Below, in pieces: positions 38,076 through 51,694 of a DNA stretch of 64,000 bases. The translations under genes were made by a program, and so were the position numbers. Positions within the stretch are counted from its first letter, which is position 1. Every line of letters begins with the position of its first letter. Source of the DNA: Cetorhinus maximus (lineage: Eukaryota); NCBI RefSeq assembly GCF_964194155.1, contig NC_135905.1, forward strand, positions 28,830,001 through 28,894,000, given 5' to 3'. A model generated the notes under the pieces. The model did not search any database, had not been told where the DNA came from, and saw nothing but the letters and a program-made list of their open reading frames with translations.

Positions 38076-39174
38076 TGTAAGATTTCCCAGGTTCAGGGGC
38101 CACAGATACCTAAATAGGCAGTCGACTAGTCATAAGTAATTTTAAGATGGTTTATCAAGTTTATTAAGAAACAACAGTTTAGATATGATACATTAACTAA
38201 TTAGGCAGAAGAAGTATACAACCTGTAACAGCTTGTGTTAACAGCATTCTGCTCTCTAGTCGAAGTGTTAGGGAACTCTTCCCATGATCTCTCAATCTTC
38301 TTCCTCCTCTGGTCCATCTTCCATCTGAAGAAGGCAGGTGCCCAGCGAGCACTGCCACCTCACCAGCACAACACCAATATATATACCCTTTTTTCCAGGG
38401 CTGGTAGCTTACCTAATGTCAATCATCTATCTAACTATTTTGACCAATGAATACAGGACAGGCACTCAAAATGTCAGGGTGGTTACCACCCCCCACTTTG
38501 TGTGTCACCTTGCTCGAGGTCAGCTTTTTAGTTTACATCTTGCTGAGGGCCATACCCTAGCCCTTTCTAAACACTTACTTAGATAAAGGGGTACATAAGA
38601 CACCATCCTACCAGCTTAGGAATGTCAACAAGACAGCCTGAACTAAGATTGATTAGCGGTCAAAGTGTTTAGAAATCCTTTTTCCAGAGAGAATCAATGC
38701 TGTTTAGGAAATCCTGTAAAGGCTCTATATAATGCAGAAAATGTCTGTTTATTCAAGACCCTAATTTCTTACAGCTCCCCCCCTTTGGGAAGGAAATATC
38801 CTTATTGACTTCTCGCAGTTAATTTTTAAATAAGTTATTTTTAAAATACAAGCTGTTTCCCTAATTTCTTGATTACATATCATAGATAATATACTAAAGC
38901 TACTAGAATTATCTGATTACTTGGTTTGGAATTCCCTACCAGCAGATCTTACATGTCTCACCTTTGAGAGGGAAATATCCTTAGTGCAGGATTTTTCAGG
39001 CCTGCCCACCACTGGGATCATCCAGTCCTACTGAAACTCAGTGGACTTTTGGCTGGCCTGCCACATCCCCCACAGTGGGTCCCACCAATGGCAGGGCCAG
39101 AAAATCCCAGTCTTATTCCTTTGCAGGAATGCTGCTAATATCTGGGCTGTTAGCATATAAGTACATTTCTTATA
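38076..39174 (-). mobile_element. Internally deleted LTR element: full LTR 38076-38773 plus polypurine tract and short internal remnant, inserted in a CR1 tail
   Basis: TGTAAGA...TCTTACA termini, followed by GCTCCCCCCCTTT (PPT complement). The insertion ends TTTCTTATA, with TCTA on both flanks (38072-38075, 39175-39178). Confidence 0.65.
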
Positions 39175-39964
39175 TCTAGCTTCTCCTCAAAACCATCGAT
39201 GCCATTTGCCTCAGCCACTCCTTATGATATGAGTTCATCATTCTAATCACTATCTGAGTAAAGAGGTTACTCCTGAATTCTCAATTGGATTTACTGGTGA
39301 CTACCTAATATTTATGGCCCCTGGTTTTTGTCACCTCTACAAGAGAAAACATATTCTCCACCTCTATCCTATCAAACTCTTTCGTAATCTTTGATGTCAT
39401 TCTCAGCCTTCTCTTTTTGTAGAGAAAAAAGCCCCAGCCTCTTCAGCCTATCTTAATAAGTATATCCCCTCAGTTCTGGTACCATTCTGTGAATCTTTAC
39501 TACACTTTCTACAGTGCCTCTATATCATTTCTATAGTATAGATACCAGATCTGTGCACAGTACTCCAGGAGTGATCGAGGCAAGATTCAACACAAGTTAA
39601 ACATAGCTTTACTGCTTGCCAGTTCTCCCTCTCTTTCTCTCTCTCTCTCTAGAAATAAACCCCAGTTCTTGGTTTGCTTTTACTTGTGATCTTATTAACC
39701 TGCATTGCCACTTTTAATGATTTGTGTATCTGTACCCCTAAATCCCCTTGCTCCTCTACCTCATTTAATTTTTTAATATCCAAACAGTGTGAGTCCTTTT
39801 TACTCTTGCTTCCAAAATGTAACTCCTCACACTTAGCTGTATTGAATTCACTTGCCAACTACATGCCCACTCTGCAAGCTTATTAATGCATTTTGTTGCA
39901 GCTTTATTTGGTATTCACTGTATCCCAAATTTGGAGTTGTTGGCAAATTTTGAAATTATACTTC
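39175..39964 (-). mobile_element. CR1 LINE fragment (continues at ~37940-38075 and ~41351-41395)
   Basis: ORF 39858-39649 EFNTAKCEELHFGSKSKK...EEQGDLGVQIHKSLKV is CR1 RT C-terminal sequence. Confidence 0.8.
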
Positions 39965-41350
39965 TGTTACCATCTGGTTAGGAACTGTTAACATTTTTTT
40001 ATAAAAATCCAAATACTTTGTTTAACCAGTAGAACTATGCCACAAGATTTCACTTTTTAAACAAAACAAACTTTATTGTACATAACTTAATCATATTTGC
40101 TTTGTTTAATTCTTTTAACACTATAGCTTATAGCTACGAGTTATGTACTCAGGTTTACTTATAACTTCCTCCAAGAATTCTCTTATAAGATACAGGCCGG
40201 GATTTTCTGATCCTGCCCACAGTGGGGATCATCACAGGGAGGATGGAAAATTTGATGGACCAGCCAAACGTCTGTTGACTTCGGGCAGGAACCGAAAAAT
40301 TCCGGCCACAATCTTAAAGATATTTCCTTCCCTAGGGACCACGCATAAGTATGCCACAGTCCTCTGGAAACTATCTTTAATTCTCCTCAGCTCCAGCTAT
40401 TCTCAGAGATAGAACTTTCATTTACCACCTGTTGACTGTTGAGGCCTCAATCCCTTGTTCTGGTTACTTTTCAATACTTCCGAGCTAATTACTTTCATTT
40501 TCAATAAGACACTGAGGCCCACTGTAGATTATTCCATTAGCTACAAATTAGGCAATATTGCAGTTTCTGTTCCCTCATAAGATTCATATTGAGATGAAGC
40601 CTTACCCGCATTCCATACATCAGTGATGACATTAGTTCTTTACTCTGCTTGCAATACAGGTCTATCTAACTGTCATTTACTCTGGCTAACTTCTCTTAGG
40701 GAGCTGCAAACTGCACAAGGTCCAAACTGCACAAGGTCCAAACTGCAACTAAAAATTCTCTCAGCAAACACCCAGATCACCCAGATAAATTGAAACCAGA
40801 GAAACTGCCTAAGCTCCATCCATTTCCACAATGACTAGCCTGCTCTGGACTGTCCTCAAACCAATCTTTAAATTAATTATCCCTCGTTTATAATTTCTTC
40901 TTTGATCTGATGAAATAAACAGGTTTTACAACCTTTCAAGGTTCATTGAATATTTTTAAACTAATTTAGCTCTATCTCCCAAAACAAAAACATCTCCCTG
41001 GATTGCCATTACAACAGGCATTGCAGATATCATGTCTCCAGCTCTTTAGCTAAGGAAGCCCACCTGCTGTTATATAACTCTATCTCTTCAAACCTAATTA
41101 AACAAACATGAGTCACCTTTTGAACTGCCATTTCATGAGGTATTCAGGCAATCTCTAAAGCCCAGCATTTTACTTACCTTACCTTTCTAGCTGTTAAACC
41201 CTTAAGCCAATATAACCCTAACCTTTTAAGTGTAATAGGCTCCAAGCTTGCTTTAATTGCATTATCCCATTTTCTACAGTTTAACATGAATTCCTAAAAC
41301 TAAAAGTTATATGCCAAAACACATGAACCATGAACTGGATATTCACGACA
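39965..41350. mobile_element. Solo LTR-like insertion (1386 bp) with 4-bp TSD
   Basis: TGT...ACA termini flanked by CTTC at 39961-39964 and 41351-41354. CR1 sequence rejoins across it. Confidence 0.7.
40195..40307. mobile_element. 113-bp Harbinger-type mini-MITE nested in the LTR
   Basis: TIRs GGCCGGGATTTT / AAAATTCCGGCC with 3-bp TSD ACA. A related decayed copy is at ~38985-39112. Confidence 0.8.
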
Positions 41351-41514
41351 CTTCCAATTTCTGAGCCCAGATTGTTTATGGAATCTAACCATCGTACTTA
41401 GGAAAAAAGAGGAAATCTGAGCAGAGAAAGAATGAGAAGAAATGTTAGAAGAGCAAAAGCGGGAGACAGAATTAATCGATAGACAAAGGAAGTGAAAACA
41501 GAATGAGAATAAGG

Positions 41515-41850
41515 GAAGGAGACAGTGGTGTAGCGATAATGTCACTGGTCTGGTAATGCTGAGGCTGATGCTCTGGGCTGAACATGGGTTCAAATCCCAC
41601 CATGGCAGCTTGTAACTTCAATTCAATTAATAAATCTGGAATATAAAACTAGTCTTAGTAATGGTGACCGTGAAATGTGCCATCCTTACCTGGTCTGGCT
41701 TACATGTGATTCCAGACCCACAGTAACATGGTTGACTCTTAACTGCTCCCTGGAATGGCCTAGCAAGCTACTCAGTTCAAGGACAGTTAAGGATGGGCAA
41801 CAAATGCTGGCCTTGCCAGCGATACCCAGATCCCATAATAGAATTTAAAA
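41515..41850 (+). mobile_element. CR1-tailed tRNA SINE
   Basis: A-box AGTGGTGTAGCGATAA, B-box GGTTCAAATCCC, core CCTTACCTGGTCTGGCTTACATGTGA, tail GGATGGGCAACAAATGCTGGCCTTGCCAGCGA. Confidence 0.75.
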
Positions 41851-42267
41851 ATATTCATTGTGAGTACAATGTTATACAGATACTGCATGCGTTGATTCAG
41901 ATTTTTGTGTAGGCACCAAAGTCTAACAAAAAATTTAAAGAGGGCTTTTATGCTCCTCTGTTTGTTCTCTAGCACCCCCCCCCCCACACCCCACAGTCTC
42001 AAATCATTGACAGGTCACTTCCAAATCAAGTCCCTGTGTAACTGCTGACACACAGTAAATGTACTAGAGAGTGACCAAAGTACATTTTCCCTCACTTCCT
42101 GTGGAGAAGAGACCCAATTGCATTTTGGTACACAATCCCCTGCCAACCAAGTCGACACTAGAACATCTCACACTGGCCAGGCACTGGTGCACACATACTT
42201 TCAGATTGATTTGCAACAATTTTTTTTCCCTCACAGATTCATAATTCACTTTTCTCACCTCTCCCAG

Positions 42268-42422
42268 GGGAAACTGTGGAGGACTGTTTGCACCGGGAGG
42301 TCGCCGAGGAAGTTGGTTTGGACGTGTCCTCATTTGAGTATTCTGCATCCCAGCACTGGCCCTTTCCTAATAGCTCACTGATGATTGCGTGCCATGCATT
42401 GGTGCAACCAGGGCAGAACAAG
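42268..42422 (+). CDS. NUDT13: NUDT13 coding exon 7 (Nudix box and NADH-pyrophosphatase signature)
   Basis: GETVEDCLHREVAEEVGLDVSSFEYSASQHWPFPNSSLMIACHALVQPGQNK completes GX5EX7REUXEEXGU and carries SQHWPFP. Confidence 0.98.
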
Positions 42423-42959
42423 GTAAATTGTGTTCAGATTTGTGGAGAGCAGAGAAAGCAGGGTGATGATGGCTAGGATTCTGCAAATTAACGTCCTGAT
42501 CACCAATGGCATAAGGGAAACCAAGAAAAATTACTGTACCTTCCCTGAAATGTCTTGTTTGTTTGTATGATTGTTTTGTGTGTTTTATATTCTTTCATCT
42601 TCCCTTCTATACTGCTGAATAGGACACCAGACAACCACAGCCTGTGGCTTTGCCAGTGCTACTCTATAAGCAATCACCAGCAGGTAACAAGAGTGGCTAA
42701 GGTTGACTCCATTTGCCTTGATCTCTCTATCAAGGGCCCTGCCTCCACTTAGAGTCTCTTAAAAGCTGAGAAGAGGAACTCACTACAGTAGGATGTGTGG
42801 GCCTGATGCAACATCCTCCTGTCTAAGACACATCACATTGGAACTTGAACGCAATTCACTGCTTGAAAAGGGGGGGCTGGCAACTAAGTTTTGTGATCAG
42901 GTAGCAATTTGATTCTCCAAGACCTTCACCAACATTTCTTATATTCTTTGTAAGAAAGA

Positions 42960-43360
42960 AAGACTTGCATTTATATATCCTCAGGACATTACGACCAGTG
43001 AATTATTATTGATGTGTAGCCACTATTGTAGTGTAGGAAATGCAACAACTAATTTGCACACACACAAAGCTCCCACAAGCAGCAATGAGATAATGAACAG
43101 ATAATCTGGTTTAATGATTTTGTTTGAGGAATAAATATTGGCCAGGACACCAGGGAGAAACCACGTCCACCCCACCGGCCCCTCCACTCTTCTTCAGAAC
43201 AGTTGTATGCGATCTTTTACTCCACCCGAGAGTAGATGGGGCTTCCTAAAGATGGCCCCTCTAACGGTCTAGTTAAAATTTGTGCTCAAGTTTCTGGAAT
43301 GGGACTTGAACCCACAATTTTCTGACTCAGAAATGAGAATGCTACCCACAAAGTGAATGA
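42960..43360 (-). mobile_element. Deu-domain SINE copy
   Basis: AATATTGGCCAGGACACCAGGGAGA...TGTGCTCAAGTTTCTGGAATGGGACTTGAACCCACAATTTTCTGACTCAGA. Confidence 0.7.
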
Positions 43361-43442
43361 AGATAACCACATCTATGAAAAATATATACACATTACACAC
43401 TTTTCTAAACATACCATCATCTGCTAAAGTATTCTTTAATGA

Positions 43443-44720
43443 TCTCTCTCTCTTCAGGTACCATGCCTTAAGTGTGCATTGGTGACCATGGGCCTCCATG
43501 TTAACCTTGCTCTGGAGGGGTGGATCACCTTCGTTGGCGGCACCTTCATCAAGTTTGCGAGGCTCTTTAGAAGATTGTTCTTTGTCTACATCGATCTTTC
43601 CGATCAGTGTCAGGCTTTCTAAATCATGATTTATTATTACGTACCTAAGAAATTCCAGCTGTCTCTTCCTTATCTTAGTTGGCAGAGTTCTTTTGGTCTC
43701 AGATTTTACTAGCACCTCTTCATTGGTAGTGTGACTTGTCCAAGGTATCTTCATTATTCGCCTCACAAACCACGATTCTGCAGTCTCAATTCTTCTCTGC
43801 ATTGCTTCACTGATTGTTCAACACTTGCTTCTGTATGTCAAAATTGGTATGATGTAACACTCCAGGATTCTCAGCTTTGTTTCCATGTTTTGAGTTGATC
43901 ATAATCTTTTTCATTTTTTGAAATGCGTCTTTGGCCATTCCAATCCTTCGTCTTATTTCTTGGTCGCACTTCCATCCGATGTTAATGTACTTCCTAGGTA
44001 GCAAAATTTGTGTACCTGTGTGATCTTTTCATTCTTCTCTGTAATCTTGCATTCTGTTATGACTTTTTTGGACACTACTAGACATTTTGTTTTCTTACAA
44101 TTTGTGCTCAGTTCTTTCTTCTCGCTTTCACTCAATACTCTTTCCAAACTTTTTTGCAGTTTCCCTGCAGAGTCAGCAATAAGAATAGTGTCAAGGGCGT
44201 ATCTTATATTATTAAAGTTGTAACCTCTAACTAATAATCGAGGAAGGTCTTCAATCTCTCTAAGAATATTTTCACTATAAAAATTGAATAAATCTGGGAG
44301 AAAACACACCCCTGCCTGCCCCTCTTTTAATCTTCACAAAATTGCTTAGATCGTTCTCAACCTTTACAGCTGCAATTTGTTCCAAATAAAGATTCCTTAT
44401 CATTCTAAAATCCTTGCCATCAAGGTTAACAGACTCTAACATGCTCATCAGTTCTTCATGCTTCAACTTATCAAATGCCTTACTATAATCAATAATCTCT
44501 TTTTAAATCTTTTATGACACTTTCTGATAGCGTGCGTACCATAAAGGTAGTATTTCTCATTTCTCTATCTTCTACAAAACCACATTGAAGAGTTTAAATT
44601 TCTGACTTTATCTTGCTCCTGGCCCTATTCATCAGTACTCGAAGAAGGATCTTAGTAATGTTACTCATCAGACAGTGCAATGGAGTTTACATTGAATTGC
44701 CCTGGGCTTTTTAGGGAGTG
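43443..44720 (-). mobile_element. RTE-clade LINE fragment, frameshifted
   Basis: SPDLFNFYSENILRE...NNIRYALDTILIADS...KFCYLGSTLTSDG; EIRRRIGMAKDAF; RRIETAESWFVRRIMKIPWTSHTTNEEVL...IRKRQLEF. These are RTE RT motifs. Confidence 0.9.
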
Positions 44721-45295
44721 CATGAGGAATTGAGTATTTTCCCCTTTTGGCATCCACTATGTATGGAGCTCTCCGAGGCCAGAAATAACATGAGATGGAT
44801 GTAGAGCAAAACTTTTTCTACAATGCCAGAACAAGAGGTACAGATCTAAACTAGTCCAAAGCAAACTTTGGATTGATGTTGGAAAGTTGTTCTTCACTAA
44901 ATGTGATCATGTCTCGGAACTGGCAAGCACGTTGTGAGTTGGGAGGGCGAGGGGGAAGTTGTGTTTTCTTCTAAGTGAATCAGCTAAGATGTACCAAATC
45001 CTTTTGGTTCATTCTTAGGATGTGTGCATCACTGACAAGACCAGAAATTTGTTGCTCATCCTTATTCATACTTATCTTGAGTGATCTAATATTTAAGTTT
45101 TAAATCCGTTAAGATTTACAGTCAAACTCTTAACTGAGCAAACATTTTGAGGATAATGAGCAGCCAGAGAGAAATGCTAACATCAAATTCACAAACTGAT
45201 TGGAAATCCCACTGAATCTCACAAAGCACAGATATGGGGCAAATAGTCTTTAAACGGAAAATCTTTCCCTTGTCAGCCAATCATCACAACTTTCT

Positions 45296-45977
45296 GGGCA
45301 GAATTTTCTGCCTGTTGGGTGGGCGGGCCCGACCCAGTCTCCGGCAGACGGGGAGACGATCCCCGTCGGAGAAGCGGGCCCCGCCGCCATTTTACATGGG
45401 TGGGCCAATTAAGGTCCGGCGGGAAGCGCTATGCATTCCCTGTGCGGGCAGGGGGATTCCCCAAAAGCAAGAGTGCGCTCTTTCGCGCATGTACATGAAA
45501 GAGCGCACATCTCCCTGAGGCTAAGTGCTGCCTCAGGGAGATCGCTTATGCTTTTAAAAAGATTAAAAATAGGAAAAAAAAATTCCCTAACGTGTCCCCC
45601 TCATGTGACATGAGATGGGACATGTTCATAATTAACATAATAACTTTATTAAACATTTTAAAACCCTGCATGAAATCTCATCCCGCCAGTGGATGAGGTT
45701 TCATGTTTTTTCAATTTGATGTTGGGGCTCCTGACCTGCCCGCCAACTTTAAGGTTGGACGGGCAGGTACACTAAGTATTTTAATTGACCTGTCAATGGC
45801 CTCAATTGGCCATTGACAGGTCGGCGGGCCTGCATCTGATTTTGCTGCGCTCCTGCCTTCCTGAAAATTTAAACGGGCCGGGATAACGTTGGGGGTTCCA
45901 CCCGATGTCACCCCATGTCATTTTACACGTTGGCGAGCGGGCCTCGCCCCCTGCTCACCAACGGCAAAATTCTCCCC
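45296..45977. mobile_element. Harbinger-type MITE (682 bp)
   Basis: TIRs GGGCAGAATTTT / AAAATTCTCCCC with 3-bp TSD TCT. The subterminal CGCCATTTTACATGGG...CCAATTAAGG is shared with 53009-53693 and with the element end at 3225-3255. Confidence 0.85.
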
Positions 45978-46195
45978 TCTAAGTCAATCACTAGTCATTA
46001 ACACAGTCAAATAAATCACTGATACACAGGCAACCAGCTAATTTTCAATTATTTCTAACCTTTAACCAATTGCAGACCTGCTTTTGCTCCTGCATCTAGA
46101 GAAGTTCTGGAATTATTGTTGTATTTGACAATTCATTTTTCACCATCAGTGTTGTAATTTCCACATTACTGACATGCATTTTGTTATGGCTGCAG

Positions 46196-46384
46196 ATTGA
46201 CCTAAACCACTCAGAACTTGAGGACGCCCGCTGGTTTGATGCCAAAGAGCTAACGAAAGCTTTAAAACGTAAACAGATGACTACAAAGAAAGAAATGAGA
46301 GATGTTCCATTCTGGATCCCACCACCTTGGGCTGTAGCACATCAACTAATCAAGGAATGGACTCAAAGGCAGCAGCCATGCTGA
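46196..46384 (+). CDS. NUDT13: NUDT13 terminal coding exon
   Basis: IDLNHSELEDARWFDAKELTKALKRK...PFWIPPPWAVAHQLIKEWTQRQQPC* (human PFWLPPKLAISHQLIKEW). Summed CDS is 1017 nt = 338 aa with consistent intron phases. Confidence 0.97.
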   Translation: MDLNHSELEDARWFDAKELTKALKRKQMTTKKEMRDVPFWIPPPWAVAHQLIKEWTQRQQPC

Positions 46385-47204
46385 TGTCACTGGAATTGTT
46401 GGGACTGTTTGATGCATGGGCACTGTTTTTATAACATGATTTGCATGTTATGTGGGTCAACTATTAATGAAACCAATGTAAAAAATGCATTTTATCAAAC
46501 TTTTTTCTTTATCATTTATAAAGAGGAATATTTGTCTCCTGTACATAGGTGGGGACATAGAGGGAGAGGAGAGAAGTGATCATCGTGCAAATGCATTATT
46601 AATATGGATCCTAAATGGATAATTATAAATAATACTCCAGTTATTGCCAATGTGCCTACTTTAAAAGTAACATGCTGAGATTTTAAAAAGGGTTTGAAAA
46701 TGTTTAAGCTAGATGTTTTCCCAAAGTAGGTTTACTTTTAAAAAATAACCTGAATATGTTCATCATGAGTCTGAAATCAGACTGTGGAATATGAGAAACT
46801 CTGGAATGAGATGGGGCATGTTGCTAAAATCTACGTAAATTACTACTTATGATTTTAATTTTCTTGGAGTTTGAGACTAGTTGATCCAAAGGAATGCTGG
46901 TAACATACAGGTATGATGAAATGTGATTGAAATCATTTTCCACACATTTTATCTGCATCAAGAATTCATGTAATTACATGAGAAATCCTGAATCATTTGA
47001 AAAAAAGTCAAGATTGATATTTTGTACTGTATGGACTGAATAGCAATGTGCACAATTTAAGCGATTAAAACCAGTTAAAATGAAATTCACTGAAATATTT
47101 AAGCAAATATTTGATTTTTTGATAATGTCATAATATATTAAAATTTACATTCTGAGATTCCTTTTTTACATCTCAATATCTCAGTGCTTAACACGAGGAA
47201 TCAC

Positions 47205-49487
47205 TTTAGACCATAAGACATAGGAGCAGAAATTAGGCCATTCGGCCCATTGGGTCTGTTCCGCCATTCAATCATGGCTGATAAGTTTCTCAACCCCATT
47301 CTCCTGCCTTCTCCCCGTAACCTTTGATCCCCTTACCAATCAAGAACCTATCTATCTCGGTCTTAAATACACTCAATGACCTGGCCTCCACAGCCTTCTG
47401 TGACAATGAATTCCATAGATTCACCACTCTCTGGCTAAAGAAGTTTCTCCTCATCTCTGTTCTAAAAGGTCTTCCCTTTACTCTGAGGCTGTGCCCTCAG
47501 GTCCTAGTCTCTCTTACTAATGGAACCATCTTCCCCACGTCCACTCTATCCCGGCTTTTCAGTATTCTGTAAGCTTCAATCAGATCCCCCCTCATCCTTC
47601 TAAACTCCATCGAGTATAGACCCAGAGTCCTCAAACGTTCCACATGTGTTGAGCCTTTCATTCCTGGGATCGTTCTCGTGAACCTCCTCTGGACCTTCTC
47701 CGGGGCCAGCACATCCTTCCTGAGATACGGGGCACAAAATTGCTCACAATATTCTAAATGTGGTCTGACCAGAGCCTTATTAAGCCTCAGCAGCACATCC
47801 CTGCTTTTATATTCTAGTCCTCGAAATAAATGCCAACATTGCATTTGCCTTCCTAACTACTGACTCAACCTGCAAGTTAACCTAAAGGGAATCCTGGACT
47901 AGGACTCCCAAGTCCCTTTGCGCTCCAAATTTCTGAATTCTCTCCCCATTTAGAAAATAGTCTATGCCTCTATTCTTCCTACCAAAGTGCATGACCTCAC
48001 ACTTGCCCACGTTGTATTCCATCTGCCACTTCTTTGCCCATTCTCCTAACCTGTTTGAATCCTTCTGCAGCCTCCCCGCCTCCTCAATACAACCTGTCTC
48101 TCCACCTATCTTTGTATCATCTGCAAACTTAGCCAGGATGCCCTCAGTTCCTTCATCTAGATCATTAATGTATAAAGTGAAAAGTTGTGGTCCCAACACT
48201 GACCCCTGTGGAACTTCACTAGTCACCGGCCGCCATCCTGAGAAGGACCCCCTTATCCCTACTCTCTGCTTCCTGCCAGACAGCCAATCTTCTATCCATG
48301 CTAGTACCTTGCCTCTAACACCATGGGCTCTTACTGAGCAGCCTCCTGTGCGACACCTTGTCAAAGGCCTTCTGGAAGTCCAAGTAGATAACATCCATTG
48401 GCTCTCCTTTGTCTAACCTACTCGTTACCTCCTCAAAGAATTCTAACAGATTTCTCAGGCATGACCTCCCCTTGATGAAACCATGCTGACTTTGCCCTAT
48501 TTTACCATGCACTTACAAGTATTCTGAAATCTCATCCTTAATAATGGACTCTAAAATCTTACCAAGCACCGAGGTCAGGCTAATCGGCCTGTAATTTCCT
48601 GTCTTTTGCCTCACTCCCTTCTAAAACAAGGGGGTTACATTAGCGATTTTCCAGTCCTCTGGGACCCTCCCTGACTCGAGTGATTCCTGAAAGATCACCA
48701 CTAACGCCTCTACTATCTCTTCAGAACTCTGGGGTGTAATCCATCTGGTCCAGGTGATTTATCCACCTTCAGACCTTTTAGTTTTCCTAGCACCTCCTCC
48801 TTGCTAATGGCCACCATACTCACCTCTGCCCCCCGACTCTCTTGAACATTGGGGATGTTACTTGTGTCTTCCACCATGAAGACTGACACAAAGTACCTAT
48901 TCAGTTCCTCCGCCATTTCTTTGTTCCCCACTACGACTTCTCCAGCGTCATTTTCCAGCGGCCCAAAGTCCACTTTTGCCTCTCTCTTACCCTTTATATA
49001 TCTAAAAAAAACTCTTGCAATCTTCTTTTATATTACTAGCTAGTTTACCCTCATATTTAATCTTCTCCCTCATTTCTTTTTTAGTTGTCCTCTGTTGGTT
49101 TTTGTAGGCTTCCCAATTCCCTGGTTTCCCACTGCTCTTCACCACATTGTATGCTTTCTCTTTAGCTTTTATGTTGTCCCTGACTTCCCTTGTCAGACAT
49201 GGTTGCCTCGTCCTCCCTTTAGAATGCTTCTTCTTCCTAGGGATGAATTTTTGCTGTGACTCCCAGAAACTCCTGCCATTGCTGTTCCACTGTCTTTCCT
49301 GCTAGGCTCATCTCACAGTCAATTCTGGCCAGCTCCTCCCTCATGCCTCTGTAGTTGCCTTTATTCAACTATAATACCGTTACATCTGATTCCAGCTTTT
49401 TCCTCTCAAATTGCAGGGTAAATTCTATCATATTATGGTCACTTCCTCCTAAGGGTTCCTCCACCTTAAGCTCCCTTATCAAATCTG
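47205..49487 (-). mobile_element. Relatively young 5'-truncated CR1 LINE (RT region, several frameshifts)
   Basis: KSPGPDGLHPRVLK; SQHGFIKGRSCLRNLLEFFEEVT...DVIYLDFQKAFDKVSH; VPQGSVLGPQLFTLYINDL..KFADDTK; LVRPHLEYC. The 3' tail repeat AGACCATAAGACATAGG is at ~47208. Confidence 0.95.
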
Positions 49488-50839
49488 CTTTTAAAGTGCA
49501 GTGGGCTATCACAAGGATGAGAAAGGACATTCAACCTGTTTAAGCTTATGTATGTGAAAGTTCCAGCCATGATTATGATCAGAGTGCACTGTTAATTGAG
49601 TGAGGTGGGATCAGGATGGAAAGTAAGGACTTCTAAAATTTCCTCAGGTTGCACTGCCTCTCTCTTTTCAGTTATCACAGTACCTGTGAGGGGTTAATTT
49701 GTGTGGGTGAGTTGAAACCGTATAGTGACACACCCATGGGGTCCTCCTGCCCTATCTTCTGACAGGCTGTCACAGCTGGCCAAAGAAAACTTGTGGCATC
49801 ATGTAAGAAAAAGCTGCATTTCTTCACAGCAACAGAAGTAAATCGACAGCCTACTGAATCCTGCCCCTAGATAATAGATAATTAGCTTTGCAAATAAAAT
49901 CTCTTTATTTTGTGTTGAATATTTTGAAAGTAATTTAGGATAATGATTACCAAGAAATGTAGTGGAGCACTGTAAACAGTGTTTAAAATCACTTCTGCCA
50001 GAAATAACAGGGCACTTCCAATTCAGTACAATTAGCAATTAGCATGTTTGATGAGTTGTTTTATATGAATGACTGAGCATCACTTCAAAAGGTTCTAACA
50101 AGAAGCCTGGTTTGTTACATCGTTGAAAGCTGCAATCCCTGAAGCATTAGATAACACCTATGAGGTATACGCAGTCTGGAATATTTGGCGAGTATTGTGC
50201 TCTTTTATATGTACTGTATTCCATAGCGCTAGTCTGACCTTCAGTGTTCAAACTTAGTGTGTGGAAATACAGCCCACACCATGTCACAACTGCCAGGCTT
50301 GGTAAATGCATCTCAACTCCTGTACAAATATAGTACCCAGTTGCTGAAAAAGAACAGATCCCTTTAACTGATAATGTAAGACACGTGTGTTACAAACTGG
50401 TTGAGTTGTGAGCCACCATGGAAGTGAAATTACTATTTGAAATTAGGACAAAACTGATGCAGGATTCATTGTCTAACACTTTAACTACTCACAAAAATCA
50501 TGTATATACTCTACACCTTTATTGGTATATGTAGAAAAGTATTGATATATATCAAACCCCACATCATACTACAAACACAGACTAAGTTGCCTGTCCCATT
50601 TTAATTTTTATTTATTCATTTTATTTAGTTTTGTGGATTTAATTCAATTTATTCTCCCCCTCTAGTCTTTTTGGACCAATTAAAAGTGCTAATAAAGAGG
50701 GATGAAACCTGCAAACAATAGCCCTCCCTTCATTTGGAGAACTATGTAGATGCTTGGTGTTTTATTTTTCAGTCAATCACATATTCTATGCTCAAGGAAG
50801 TAGGTTTTTGAAGGAGGTGGGAGAGAGGTAGTAAAATGT

Positions 50840-51694
50840 TGTTCCAATCCCCATAGACACCAACAACTTTCAAGAAGAGATTTGAATTCCCAGTGACCAA
50901 CTCAAAAGGATCACCTGACAAGATTTCATGCTTTAAGACTTTTACGCTAACAAATAAACTAAAATCAACATTGAATAAACATTACTTAGCTGGCAATTAA
51001 AACACTAAACTACAGAAAAGATATCCCCCCTTTATTCCCTAACACAAACAAAAACCTCATGCCATGTTTATACTTTACACTGCACTCTCTGCAGAATTGT
51101 AGTTTTTACAGCAACCAGTCCAAAATTAATCCCAGCTTCCAACAGGCTTGCTTCTCCCCATTTGGCTGAGTCATAGCATCCAGTGTCTGTCGAAAGTTGT
51201 TTCCCTCAGTTTTCTGAGAATCCCCAAACTGACTTCCACCAGCAAGGTCCACTCCGACTCCTTCTACCAGTCTTGCCAAGGTGAATCTTCCAGTGTCCTT
51301 AAATCTTCACAGGTCCCGTCTCTTCGACCAGAAAGTATGTGCCTTCCAGCATCCTGCCTGGTGGTGAATAGAAACAGCCTTTCTGCTATTCACAGCAGCT
51401 GTTGTTTTTCTGTCTGTCTGTCTCTCTCTTTCTGAGACTCCCCCTCTCTTTCTATCCAGAGTCACTAAGCCTGGCAGGAGTGGGGCCAACTGTCTTTTCT
51501 CCAGGTGTGTAAACTTGGCACCTTGCTTTCAATGGAGCTTGACCTGGGCCCCTGTCCCCATGGCAATCAGATCACTTGCTTATCGGCAGGCAGAACTAGT
51601 AGGAGGTTGCATGCCCTTCACTGTTCCATTTTACCTTGAATTGAAGGAGACTGTTTGAAAGATAACTATCTTATAAAACCTCACATTTGTAACA
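50840..51694. mobile_element. Probable solo LTR
   Basis: TGTTCCAA...TTGTAACA termini with near-TSD ATGT/GTGT. Confidence 0.55.

Noticed and set aside
41515-41600. tRNA gene candidates (also at 24262, 62660 and others)
   Set aside because: These are SINE heads with A/B boxes, continuous with repeat bodies; no complete cloverleaf is evident.
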